Positions 1-9,066 of a DNA stretch of 64,000 nt are shown piece by piece. The notes beneath the pieces were generated by a model. It worked only from the letters and a program-made list of their open reading frames with translations. It ran no database searches and was not told the DNA's origin. The stretch spans positions 69,428-133,427 of the forward strand of contig JBGAJA010000003.1 of NCBI GenBank assembly GCA_044225175.1, read 5' to 3'. The stretch's first letter is position 1. Each line of letters opens with the position of its first letter. Made by a program: the position numbers and the translations under genes. The DNA is from Candidatus Omnitrophota bacterium (GTDB lineage: Bacteria > Omnitrophota > Gorgyraeia > Zapsychrales > Fredricksoniimonadaceae).

Positions 1-2400
1 TTTGATTTTGCTGTCTTCTTGATTTACATCAACATTCAAATTGTTAAGTTTGAATCCTGAGATTGTTACAAGGTCGCTGGATGCATTCGCATCGATGTTC
101 CACTGCATCCATTGAGAAGCAGGACCGCTAAGTGAAGCTTTCATGGATAACAACCCAGTGAGTTTTAAGGGTTCAAGGGTGCTTTTAAGCTGGGGAAGAA
201 ATCTAGAGGCGTCCTCTAGATTACATTTGAAGGTGCTTTTGATGCTCAGTTGCGGAGTTTTGCCAGAGATATCGACGGATCCAGAAGCATTTAATTGGGC
301 TGATAAAAATTCTCCTGAAAGACTCTTTAGTTCAATGAGATTATCGTTCTTATTAATCTCTCCTTTAATTTCAATTCCATCAAAAGATAAAGATGTCTTG
401 ATTTGTGGATTTTTGAAGTCCATGAGATGTCCGGTGAGTGTTAAGGCTTTATCCATGAATACAGCTGTAAAATTATCCCAGGAGAGAGAATTGCCATCGG
501 CCTTAATTGTTCCTGAAATATGATTAAGTTTTTGTTTAAGAGTTGAGCTTTCTAGGTTGACATCCTTCAGGACAGCCTGGGCATTGATTTTGGCTGTCAG
601 GGGGTCTAAAGCTGGTCCTTCAAATTTAATCATAAAGGAAGTTGTGCCATCTACGGTTAACCCTTGAGCTTTTAGAAGATCAGGGGCCAGGGTTTGAAGT
701 TTACTTAAATCAAATCGTTCACTTTGGGCTTGGATATTTAAAAGAGGCTTAGAGAAATCGCTAATATTCCCAGAGGCAATAATGGTGGTATCAAGAACCA
801 TCAGAGATAAACTTTGAAGATCAATAGAATTTGTTTTCACATCCGCTGTTAATTTAACGTTATTGATTGGACCAAAAGGAAGGCCTTGAACATCGGTATT
901 TTCAAGAGCAAGAGTTCCGCTATATTTCATTCCTGAGGGATTTTTTAAAGGATAAAGGGTTTTTAAATCAAAATGGGCATTGGTATGGATTTCTTTTTTA
1001 TCTTCGAGTTTTATGGTCAAGCCTTCGAGGATGCCTCTGCTTTGAGCATCTAAGATCTGTTGAGTTTGATCGAAGTTGATTTTCAGTTGATCACAATGCA
1101 ACTTTCCCTGCAAGATTGTTTTGTCAAACGCCGCATCATCAGCCATAACATCTAAAGTTCCGTCCATCCTGACAATATTCTTAGAATCTAAGGAAATGAG
1201 CATTTGAGGGGCATGGATTGTTCCCACAAATTTTTTTTCAGGAAGATTTACGTTCAATTGGTCTAAATTTAATTCAAAATTTGCTTGGGTGAGATTCTTG
1301 TCTTTGCTGACTTTGATTTTATTGATTTGAACTTCCCCGGTAATCTTCTCATGTTCACCCAGTGATACGACGCCTTGTTTTAGAGCAACACTGCCTTCCA
1401 ATGAGCCTGCATTTTCCTGCCACCTACCGTGCTCAATTCGAGCGCTCAATGTTCCGCTGCCGGAAAGAAGAGGGGTCGTAATCTGGGTATTGAGCAATGA
1501 GAAGTTACCTTTGAAGGCAATATCATTCTTCTTTAATGTGATGTCAGCATTGGTTGCTTGAAGCTCTCCTTTGAAGCTTTGTTGATCAAAGGCAGTTTCA
1601 ACATTTTTGATACTCCAGCTACCAGTGAGCCTCATATCATCAGGAGCATATTGAATGTGGGCATTGACTTGTTCCATCAGGCCGTTAGTTAAGCTGAAGG
1701 GAAGGGGGCCTGGATAAAATCTGAAATAATCTTGAGGCTTAATATTTTTAATATTCACTTGAGCTTTCAGAGATTGATTAGGGATTTGATAGCTTCCTTG
1801 TAAAGAAATGGAGGCTTGTTTTTGGGGGATAGTAAGTTGCCCATCAAAGCTGATGCCTGAAAGAGACAGGCCTACTTTAAGGTTAATAGGATCAATAATT
1901 TCACTCCAAACACTTTGGCCTTGAATGTCATCAACACGGAACTTCCCATTGTTAATCGTAATTCCACCGACGGAAACATCGACAGGAGAAGGTCTGGAAG
2001 ATGGAGATGTTTGAGGAATAATTAATAAATCTGAGAAGTTCCAAGTGTCTGTTTGATGGACCAAAAGGACGGATAAAGAATCGATGTTAAGAGAAGTTAA
2101 GATGAGTTTATGTGTTTTAACACCTGGAACAAAAAGAATGCCCGAGGAGATTCTTTCAGCTTGAAGGAAGACTTTATCAAGAGAGTCCTTCTGGTAAATC
2201 TTGATATTATTAATAACAATCCCTTTAACCCAGCTAAAGTGAATAGACTCGATTTCAACTTTGCGTTTAAGAAAATTTTGGGCCTGTTCAATGGCGATTT
2301 TTTTAACAATGGTAGGTAGAAAAACTTGATTGGCCCAGAATGTCAAGGAGCCTAAGAAGAAGATGATACTGAGGGTTATGATAATCCATTTGTGTTTCAT
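1..2400 (-). CDS. AsmA-family (AsmA/TamB-like) outer-membrane biogenesis protein. The N-terminal ~800 aa lie in the window and the C-terminus runs off the left edge.
   Basis: Hand translation of the reverse complement from ATG at 2400 gives MKHKWIIITLSIIFFLGSLTFWANQVFLPTIVKKIAIEQAQNFLKRKVEIESIHFSWVKG. Spot checks of this frame at 2221-2400, 61-120 and 1-60 are stop-free. A single N-terminal TM followed by a long beta-rich repeat region is typical of AsmA-like proteins. It is absent from the ORF track because it has no in-window stop. Confidence 0.6.
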   Translation of the reverse strand, partial: MKHKWIIITLSIIFFLGSLTFWANQVFLPTIVKKIAIEQAQNFLKRKVEIESIHFSWVKGIVINNIKIYQKDSLDKVFLQAERISSGILFVPGVKTHKLILTSLNIDSLSVLLVHQTDTWNFSDLLIIPQTSPSSRPSPVDVSVGGITINNGKFRVDDIQGQSVWSEIIDPINLKVGLSLSGISFDGQLTIPQKQASISLQGSYQIPNQSLKAQVNIKNIKPQDYFRFYPGPLPFSLTNGLMEQVNAHIQYAPDDMRLTGSWSIKNVETAFDQQSFKGELQATNADITLKKNDIAFKGNFSLLNTQITTPLLSGSGTLSARIEHGRWQENAGSLEGSVALKQGVVSLGEHEKITGEVQINKIKVSKDKNLTQANFELNLDQLNVNLPEKKFVGTIHAPQMLISLDSKNIVRMDGTLDVMADDAAFDKTILQGKLHCDQLKINFDQTQQILDAQSRGILEGLTIKLEDKKEIHTNAHFDLKTLYPLKNPSGMKYSGTLALENTDVQGLPFGPINNVKLTADVKTNSIDLQSLSLMVLDTTIIASGNISDFSKPLLNIQAQSERFDLSKLQTLAPDLLKAQGLTVDGTTSFMIKFEGPALDPLTAKINAQAVLKDVNLESSTLKQKLNHISGTIKADGNSLSWDNFTAVFMDKALTLTGHLMDFKNPQIKTSLSFDGIEIKGEINKNDNLIELKSLSGEFLSAQLNASGSVDISGKTPQLSIKSTFKCNLEDASRFLPQLKSTLEPLKLTGLLSMKASLSGPASQWMQWNIDANASSDLVTISGFKLNNLNVDVNQEDSKIK

Positions 2401-2413
2401 AGGATTAAGCTAG

Positions 2414-2452
2414 CCCTGCGAAGCCCCAACTTTCGTTAAAAGGCTTCGCAGG
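2414..2452 (-). other. 12-bp perfect stem-loop (CCCTGCGAAGCC ... GGCTTCGCAGGG) between tRNA-Pro and the AsmA-like gene start. It may be a tRNA 3' processing or terminator hairpin.
   Basis: Inverted repeat seen directly in the sequence. There is no obvious U-tract, so the function is uncertain. Confidence 0.3.
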
Positions 2453-2460
2453 GACTAAAG

Positions 2461-2534
2461 TCGGGAAGCCGGGGGTCGAACCCGGGACCTCTTGCTCCCA
2501 AAGCAAGCGCGCTAGCCAACTGCGCTACTCCCCG
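2461..2534 (-). tRNA. tRNA-Pro (anticodon TGG)
   Basis: The reverse complement CGGGGAGTAGCGCAGTTGGCTAGCGCGCTTGCTTTGGGAGCAAGAGGTCCCGGGTTCGACCCCCGGCTTCCCGA folds as a 74-nt cloverleaf: 7-bp acceptor, GCGC/GCGC D-stem, anticodon loop TTTGGGA (TGG, G37), TTCGACC T-loop. CCA is not encoded. Confidence 0.9.
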
Positions 2535-2644
2535 TAAATTTTGAGTCGATAGTATACCATGCAAAATTTAATTTTGTAAATAATATAAAAAGAGTGGCAT
2601 TAAATGCATTGCAGGGGCTTTTGCTTTCGTATAGAATTTTTGAA

Positions 2645-4381
2645 ATGAAAATCCAGCCTAATAGTCTCCTGCAAGTTTCACCTCTTTGGCTTTGCCTTTT
2701 CCAGTGGTCTAGCTTGATTTTTTTGGGTTTATTGATTTATGGCCAGAGTTTTGGTTTTGGCTTTGTTTTTGATGATGATCAATTCATCGTTAATAATCCT
2801 TACATTCATAACTTAAGCAAGGTCCATGAGATAGAACAAGCTCTTCCTTTGACGCGTTTGGTGGGGATTTATACATTTGCTTTAAATTATCATTTCCATG
2901 GTTTAAATCCCACCGGGTATCACCTCTTTAATGTTGTTCTCCATCTTGTCGTTACCGGATTAGTTTGGGCTTTGGCAAATTTATTGTTTAAGATCGTGGG
3001 GAAAGAACCAAAACAATTGCCATTTTTCATGGCCTTACTTTTTCTTGTTCATCCACTTCAAACCCAGGCAGTTACCTACATTTCTCAACGATTCGAATCG
3101 CTGGCCACATTATTTTATCTAACCACCATTTATTGTTATTTATCTGCCCGAATTTCTAAGGACATGCTGTCAAAGGTGATTCTTTTTTTGATTGCAGCTG
3201 TGAGTGCTTTTCTTGGGATTATGACTAAAGAGGTAGCAATCACTATTCCTTTAATGCTTTTAGCATGTGAATGGATTTTACTGCCTTCTAAGAATCCATC
3301 GGCAAAGTCATCTAGAAATTTAATGATCAGTGTAGGAGGCGTTTTATTCTTATTGGTATTTTTGAAACTTCTTCGAAGCGGTTTCAATATGTTTATTACA
3401 GCTTTACCGTCGCAATCCCACGATGGTGATACCATTGTGCTTGGAAATTATCTTTTGACTCAAATGAGAGTTTTTCTGACTTTTGTACGGTTATTTTTTG
3501 TTCCATATCCGCAGAATGTTGACTATGATTACCCTCTTTCAGTAAGTATTATTGATCCCTTATTGACCCTTGTAGGGGCAGGTCTGGTTTCTTTTCTAAT
3601 CCTGGCCATGATTAGAATCCGCCATAAATGGCCACTCATTTCTTTTGGGTTGGCTTGGGTTTTAATCACATTTTCAATTAATCTTGCACCTCGTGCGAAT
3701 GTCATTTGGGAACATAAATTTTATTTGATGTCATTTGGCTTCTTAATTGCAACGGTGAGTGTTTTAGCAAATTTGATCCACAAAAGGAGTTCATTAATCT
3801 TTATTGTATGTGCTGTAACGGCCGGGTTTACTTTCTTGAGTTTCCAGAGAAACCATATTTGGCAAAATGATTTTACACTTTGGGAAGATGGCATCAAACG
3901 GTCCCCAAATAAGGTTCGTGTGTATGTAGATTTAGCCAAAGCTAAAGGCACCCATGGGCAATTACAGCAAGCAATCACCCTACTTACCCAGAAATTATCT
4001 GTAACTCCTAATCATTATGGGTCCCTCATGGCTAGGGCAGGATTACAGTACCGCTTAGGGAATTATGATTTAGCGACGGAAGACCTCAGGCAAGCGGTCA
4101 TCGTAAGGCCTAATTTTATTGATTTTTATAAGCTCTCTTTGATTTACAGTGAACAAAAACAGATGGATAAAGCATTAGATGCCTTAAATACATCCATCTT
4201 ATTGAATGATAATTTTCTTCCAGCTTATATTGATCGAGCTATGATTTTTGTGCAGAAAAAGAATTATATTTTTGCTGTGGGAGATCTTGTGAAGGCCCAG
4301 AAGATACAGCCTCAAAATAAAGTTATCCAGAACAATATAGAATATTGTTTTTCAAAATTAAGGGTGCAGAAATCGCCTTAA
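2645..4381 (+). CDS. TPR-repeat membrane protein of the protein O-mannosyltransferase-like (GT39/TMTC-like) type
   Basis: Polytopic N-terminal region with an FDDDQFIVNNP (DD loop) motif typical of PMT/TMTC-like glycosyltransferases, and C-terminal TPR-like repeats. The ORF opens at GTG 2594; the first ATG is at 2645, so the start is uncertain. Confidence 0.55.
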   Translation: MKIQPNSLLQVSPLWLCLFQWSSLIFLGLLIYGQSFGFGFVFDDDQFIVNNPYIHNLSKVHEIEQALPLTRLVGIYTFALNYHFHGLNPTGYHLFNVVLHLVVTGLVWALANLLFKIVGKEPKQLPFFMALLFLVHPLQTQAVTYISQRFESLATLFYLTTIYCYLSARISKDMLSKVILFLIAAVSAFLGIMTKEVAITIPLMLLACEWILLPSKNPSAKSSRNLMISVGGVLFLLVFLKLLRSGFNMFITALPSQSHDGDTIVLGNYLLTQMRVFLTFVRLFFVPYPQNVDYDYPLSVSIIDPLLTLVGAGLVSFLILAMIRIRHKWPLISFGLAWVLITFSINLAPRANVIWEHKFYLMSFGFLIATVSVLANLIHKRSSLIFIVCAVTAGFTFLSFQRNHIWQNDFTLWEDGIKRSPNKVRVYVDLAKAKGTHGQLQQAITLLTQKLSVTPNHYGSLMARAGLQYRLGNYDLATEDLRQAVIVRPNFIDFYKLSLIYSEQKQMDKALDALNTSILLNDNFLPAYIDRAMIFVQKKNYIFAVGDLVKAQKIQPQNKVIQNNIEYCFSKLRVQKSP

Positions 4382-4423
4382 GAATATTCTTGTAAATCAT
4401 CTAAAAATGTACAGAATGGTTTT

Positions 4424-6673
4424 ATGTTTAGACGTTCCCATGCAAAATTAATTTGCGGCATCAGCGAACTTTCCGGTTTATTTCATGACACTCCTAGCAT
4501 GGAAGTCTTCCTGCAAAAAATCACATTCATGGTCACCCACCACATGGAATGTGAAGTCTGTTCCATTTATCTTTATTATGAAGATCAAAATGAATTAGTC
4601 CTCAAAGCCACAACCGGCCTCAGTCCATCTTCTCTAGGTGAGGTCAAAATGAAACCTGGCGAGGGATTAACAGGACTAGCATTCAAGGAAAAACGTCCTA
4701 TTTGCGAGGGACAGGCGAAAGAAAGTCCTAATTTCCGTTTATTTCCAGGTATCGGAGAAGAACGTTTTGAGTCCTTTTTAGCAGTGCCTATTCTTCGAGG
4801 ATCTATGGAAATAGGTGTTATGGTCATTCAGAGTCAGAAAAAACATTCTTTTGCTTCCGATGAGATTGAGATTCTTCGCGCTATCACATCACAGCTGGCA
4901 ACCACTATTGAAACCGCCAGACTTTTAATTACCCTTAATGATCAGAAACAAAAGAAAGTTCAACCGCTGTCTGATCTGAAGCTCATCAAAGGCAGGAGCG
5001 GTTCTCAAGGAGTCGCTTTAGCCCAAAGTGTGGTGATTGGTAAGCTCCTGACAGATGTCGAATATTTAGCTAAATTATCCAAGGATACAACTGAAGAGAC
5101 TTTTCATAAGGCCGTGGAAGATTCTGAGAAGCAGCTGCAGCAGCTGCAGAAGCAAATTGAAAAAGACCTCTTCGATGCCAGTGGTCTTATATTTACCGCC
5201 CAGATCTTAATGCTCAAAGATAAAGGTTTTCTTGATGCCATTGTGGCGCATATTCGTGTGGGAGTGAATCCTCCTCAGGCCGTAGCTGGAGTGGTGAATG
5301 AGTATGTCCGCAAATTTAGTGCCATCGCAGATAATTACCTTCGAGACAAGATTTATGATGTTAAAGATGTGGGCCGTAGATTGCTCGAGAATATGACAGG
5401 CTTAAGCCACCATCAAGGCGACTTAGAGGGGCGTATCGTTATTGCACATGAGCTTCTGCCTTCCGATACGATCAAACTTTTTTCTCAAAATGTTAAAGGG
5501 ATCATTCTTCTAAGCGGGGGAGTGACGTCTCATGTGTCCATTCTCTCGAGATCTCTAAACATTCCTTTGGTCGTGGCCGATGAAGATGGCCTTTTATTAG
5601 TAGAGGATGGAACAAAAATACTTTTGGATGCCGAGATGGGTTATATTCATTTAAATCCATCTGCTGACACAATTAAGAAAACTTTTGATCGTGAGGACCT
5701 GCATAAAGATCTCGAGGAATTGAAGAAATCTATTCGTTTAAAACCTTTCACCAAAGATGGAACTCCCATTAAATTGATGGCAAACATTAATCTCTTAGGG
5801 GATTTGAAGGCTGCAACTGAGTTTAAAGCAAGCGGCATTGGCTTGTATAGAAGCGAGTTTCCTTTTCTTATTAGGAGTAGTTTTCCGTCGGAAGAAGAGC
5901 AGTATTTGATCTATCGAAAGCTTATGGAAGCTATGCCGGATAAGGATGTGACTCTGCGCACGCTGGATGTAGGGGGAGATAAGGTGCTTTCTTATTATGA
6001 CTATGGTCATGAAGAAAATCCATTTCTTGGCCTTCGCTCCATACGTTTTACTTTAAGGCATAAAGATGTTTTTATTACACAAATCCGTGCCATGCTTCGT
6101 GCAGGAGGTGGGACATCGGCCCGTTTAAAGATTATGTTTCCTATGATTTCTTCGATTGATGAATTTCAAGAAGCCAAAGGCATTGTTCAGGAATGTATTT
6201 TTCAAATGGAAAAAGAAAAGTATAAGATTGCCTATCCAAAGCTTGGCACCATGGTTGAGCTTCCCTCTGTCGTTGAGATCATTGATCAACTAGCTCAAGA
6301 AGCGGATTTCTTAAGTATTGGAACCAATGATTTTGTTCAGTATATGCTGGCGATTGACCGCACTAATGAACGCGTTGCCAATTTGTACTATCCTCAGCAT
6401 CCTTCTGTGTTAAGGTCACTTAAAAAGATTGTGGATGCGGCCTTGAAGCATGATAAAGAAATCTCAGTATGTGGGGATATGGCATCTAACCTTAAGTTTT
6501 TGCCTTTTTTGATTGGAATAGGTATTCGCACCTTAAGTGTGGATGCTCGTTATCTGCCAAAATTACATGAGAATCTCCAAGAGATCATTACGACTGATGC
6601 CCATAGGCTCAGTGAAGAAGTGCTCAAGCAGCATACCATTGAGCGAACCTCCCATCTTTTGAAAATCGAATAA
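4424..6673 (+). CDS. ptsP: Phosphoenolpyruvate-protein phosphotransferase with N-terminal GAF domain (EI-Ntr)
   Basis: GAF-like N-terminus; active-site His motif GGVTSHVSILSRSLNIPLVV; C-terminal PEP-utilizer motif SIGTNDFVQYMLAIDRTNE. Confidence 0.85.
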   Translation: MFRRSHAKLICGISELSGLFHDTPSMEVFLQKITFMVTHHMECEVCSIYLYYEDQNELVLKATTGLSPSSLGEVKMKPGEGLTGLAFKEKRPICEGQAKESPNFRLFPGIGEERFESFLAVPILRGSMEIGVMVIQSQKKHSFASDEIEILRAITSQLATTIETARLLITLNDQKQKKVQPLSDLKLIKGRSGSQGVALAQSVVIGKLLTDVEYLAKLSKDTTEETFHKAVEDSEKQLQQLQKQIEKDLFDASGLIFTAQILMLKDKGFLDAIVAHIRVGVNPPQAVAGVVNEYVRKFSAIADNYLRDKIYDVKDVGRRLLENMTGLSHHQGDLEGRIVIAHELLPSDTIKLFSQNVKGIILLSGGVTSHVSILSRSLNIPLVVADEDGLLLVEDGTKILLDAEMGYIHLNPSADTIKKTFDREDLHKDLEELKKSIRLKPFTKDGTPIKLMANINLLGDLKAATEFKASGIGLYRSEFPFLIRSSFPSEEEQYLIYRKLMEAMPDKDVTLRTLDVGGDKVLSYYDYGHEENPFLGLRSIRFTLRHKDVFITQIRAMLRAGGGTSARLKIMFPMISSIDEFQEAKGIVQECIFQMEKEKYKIAYPKLGTMVELPSVVEIIDQLAQEADFLSIGTNDFVQYMLAIDRTNERVANLYYPQHPSVLRSLKKIVDAALKHDKEISVCGDMASNLKFLPFLIGIGIRTLSVDARYLPKLHENLQEIITTDAHRLSEEVLKQHTIERTSHLLKIE

Positions 6674-6678
6674 CTCTT

Positions 6679-8181
6679 ATGATAAAGAAAATTATCTTTG
6701 CCCTGATTTTAATTTGGTTGGGCTGGCATTTGGCGCATCCAATTTATTTGATTCAAGCTGATTTGGGGCGACACATCAAAAATGGGGAGATGCTTTTTAA
6801 GGGAGTTTGGGAGGTTCTTTTTAGCAATTATTATTCTTATACGATTCCTCATTATCCTGTCATCAATCACCACTGGCTCTTTGGTATCTGTTCCTATCTT
6901 GTTTGGCTTTGTACTGGGTTTGCGGGACTTTCTATGGTGTATGTGGCCCTTGTTCTTATCGTGTTTGTTCTTTTTGTTTCAAGGGCACAGTCTATTTCAT
7001 TTCCTCTTCTATGCGCTTTTAGTCTAATAAGTTTTCCTCTGATATCTTCCAGGCCAGAAATTCGTCCAGAAGGCTTTAGCATGCTATTTTGCGGGCTCTT
7101 CTGGCTGTTAGCGGACTTATATAATCAAGGAAGACTGAAAGCCAATGGTTTTAAAATAGCTGTATTTTTCTTGCAGATCCTTTGGGTCAATTCTCATAGT
7201 TATTTTCCTTTAGGACCTGTAATGATGTTTGCTTTGTGGCTGCAGGCTAAGTGCAATCGTCAAGAACAAGCTAAGACCTTTTTGGAGAGTTATTTCATTC
7301 TTCTTTTTGCTTGTTTGATTAACCCTTCAGGGTTATCTGGAGCTTTGTATCCTTTGCAGGGAAGGGCAGGGCTTGGGTATTCGATTATTGAAGAGCAGTC
7401 ACTTGATCTCATGATGAAAGGCCATCCATCGGACTTAGTGTATCCCTATTTTATTGGTTCATTTGTATTTACTCTGCTTGGGCTGGGACTTCTAATTAAA
7501 AGACAGGGATTAAAGAAGCATCTTTTTATGCTTATTATGTTTGGGGTGATGTCTTATGCAGCCTTTAATGCGGTCAGATTTATTTCTCCATATGCATTTT
7601 TTTGGGTTCCTATTACAGTTTATTGCTGGGGACACTTGATTAATGCGTGGCCTGTGAATCTGCGAAAGATGGCAGCAGTGGTTCTTGTGATTTTCGGAGT
7701 TGTGACGGCAGCCTTTGTCAACTTTAGTCTTACAACTCCACCTGGATTTGGTCTTGTAAAGGGTAATAGCCAGGCAGGGGAATTCTTTAAGGCCGAGCGT
7801 TTAAAAGGACCTATCTTTAATAACTATGATATTGGCGGTTATCTTATATTTTATTTAAGTCCTCATGAGAGGTTGTTTGTTGATAATCGAGTGGAAGCCT
7901 TTCCAGCAGATTTCTTTAAGAAAATTTATGTGCCTATGCAGATCCATGATGAGGTATGGAAAATTTTGGATCATCAAATTGATTTTAATGTGATTTTCTT
8001 TGCCCGCGTCGATCAGACTCCCTGGTCATATGATTTTATTACTCGGCGCTTTGAAGACCCTAGCTGGGCGGTTGTGTTTATTGATGACAATGCTGTCATT
8101 TTGCTCAAGAGAAACCAACAGAATGCAGATGTTATCAAGAACCACGAGATCCTCGTCACTAAAAGACCTAAATCTTCCTAA
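6679..8181 (+). CDS. Polytopic inner-membrane protein (about 12 TM), function unknown, possibly a GT-C-like glycosyltransferase
   Basis: Strongly hydrophobic 500-aa ORF starting 6 nt after the ptsP stop, so it is in the same operon. No motif I can name. Confidence 0.5.
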   Translation: MIKKIIFALILIWLGWHLAHPIYLIQADLGRHIKNGEMLFKGVWEVLFSNYYSYTIPHYPVINHHWLFGICSYLVWLCTGFAGLSMVYVALVLIVFVLFVSRAQSISFPLLCAFSLISFPLISSRPEIRPEGFSMLFCGLFWLLADLYNQGRLKANGFKIAVFFLQILWVNSHSYFPLGPVMMFALWLQAKCNRQEQAKTFLESYFILLFACLINPSGLSGALYPLQGRAGLGYSIIEEQSLDLMMKGHPSDLVYPYFIGSFVFTLLGLGLLIKRQGLKKHLFMLIMFGVMSYAAFNAVRFISPYAFFWVPITVYCWGHLINAWPVNLRKMAAVVLVIFGVVTAAFVNFSLTTPPGFGLVKGNSQAGEFFKAERLKGPIFNNYDIGGYLIFYLSPHERLFVDNRVEAFPADFFKKIYVPMQIHDEVWKILDHQIDFNVIFFARVDQTPWSYDFITRRFEDPSWAVVFIDDNAVILLKRNQQNADVIKNHEILVTKRPKSS

Positions 8182-8260
8182 GTATTCTGTTCATGCTTTT
8201 TTAACCTTTCCTTAATCCTTGTTGTGTTAATTTGGTGATAGTTCTTTTAAAGGAGGACAT

Positions 8261-8554
8261 ATGCTAAAAACTAAGAATTATAAGGAAAGTTTGTGGATAG
8301 GTGTTTGGTTCGGAGTTGTGTTCTTTGCGGTCAGTGCTTTTGCAGCGATTAAGGATCCTACACCCGTTTTGACCGACAATAATTATTCTTCTGATGTCTA
8401 CGAAAGAAATAAAGCAGCCGCCAAGGAAGATGAAGGATCAGTATCTTTAACTGTTGTTAATAATTTCCAGGTCACCTATGAAAATTCTTCAAATGAGGAG
8501 CTTAATTCTCAAGCTAATCAGGAAGGAGGCCAAAATGATTACAAAAACCGCTAA
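8261..8554 (+). CDS. Small membrane-anchored/secreted hypothetical protein
   Basis: Strong SD AAAGGAGG 7 nt upstream of the ATG; N-terminal TM (LWIGVWFGVVFFAVSAFAA). Confidence 0.55.
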   Translation: MLKTKNYKESLWIGVWFGVVFFAVSAFAAIKDPTPVLTDNNYSSDVYERNKAAAKEDEGSVSLTVVNNFQVTYENSSNEELNSQANQEGGQNDYKNR

Positions 8555-8666
8555 AGGATACGTGGTCAAATCAGAAAAAGGCAAAAACCTAGGCGGCCCC
8601 TACAAAAGCCGCGAAGAAGCTCAAAAAAGACTGCAACAGGTTGAATACTTTAAGCATAAGAAATAA
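8535..8666 (+). CDS. 43-aa basic small protein (MITKTAKGYVVKSEKGKNLGGPYKSREEAQKRLQQVEYFKHKK)
   Basis: SD GGAAGGAGG 5 nt upstream of ATG 8535. It overlaps the preceding ORF by 20 nt. The track lists it only as part of the longer 8454..8666 frame. Confidence 0.45.
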   Translation: MITKTAKGYVVKSEKGKNLGGPYKSREEAQKRLQQVEYFKHKK

Positions 8667-8685
8667 ACAATCTACCCTTCCCCAA

Positions 8686-8724
8686 CTCCTGTTTTCGGAA
8701 TATTAGAGACAGGAGTTTTCTATT
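8686..8724 (+). terminator. Rho-independent terminator (CTCCTGT ... ACAGGAG followed by TTTTCTATTGTTTT)
   Basis: 7-bp stem plus T-run directly after the small ORF. Confidence 0.55.
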
Positions 8725-8864
8725 GTTTTAGATCGTCATGAAACTAGACTTTGTCACCAAAATCTGATATAAGATTACTCTTCCAACCTCAAGGAAATTA
8801 GATACAAGAGATGTAAGGGGTTGTTAAGGGGAACAAAAAACGCAGTTTTCTGAGAGCGAGTTTT

Positions 8865-8938
8865 GTCCCAGTAGCTCAGTTGGATAGAGCATCTGCCTTC
8901 TAAGCAGAGGGTCGCACGTTCGATTCGTGCCTGGGACG
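8865..8938 (+). tRNA. tRNA-Arg (anticodon TCT)
   Basis: GTCCCAGTAGCTCAGTTGGATAGAGCATCTGCCTTCTAAGCAGAGGGTCGCACGTTCGATTCGTGCCTGGGACG folds as a 74-nt cloverleaf with anticodon loop CTTCTAA. Confidence 0.9.
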
Positions 8939-8989
8939 TTTATATTTGTTGAGAATCGAAGCTGTTTTTGATATTCTAGTGCCTCTTGT

Positions 8990-9066
8990 GGTGGCTGTAG
9001 CTCAGTTGGTAGAGTACTTGATTGTGGTTCAAGTTGTCGCGGGTTCAAATCCCGTCAGCCACCCCA
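8990..9066 (+). tRNA. tRNA-His (anticodon GTG) with encoded G(-1) and 3' CCA
   Basis: G-1 plus GTGGCTGTAGCTCAGTTGGTAGAGTACTTGATTGTGGTTCAAGTTGTCGCGGGTTCAAATCCCGTCAGCCACC, then CCA. Anticodon loop TTGTGGT. The extra 5' G pairing with discriminator C is the tRNA-His hallmark. Confidence 0.9.

Noticed and set aside
143-2319. Plus-strand ORFs 143..523, 867..1079 and 2110..2319, and minus-strand 2097..2309
   Set aside because: They lie within or out of frame of the long open minus-strand AsmA-like frame (1..2400). The track missed that frame only because it has no in-window stop.
8182-8260. Possible terminator after the 6679..8181 gene
   Set aside because: No convincing GC-rich hairpin plus T-tract is present. 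Only an SD for the next gene is evident.
8824-9048. 74-aa minus-strand ORF
   Set aside because: It lies entirely across tRNA-Arg and tRNA-His, so it is a spurious reading frame through structural RNA genes.
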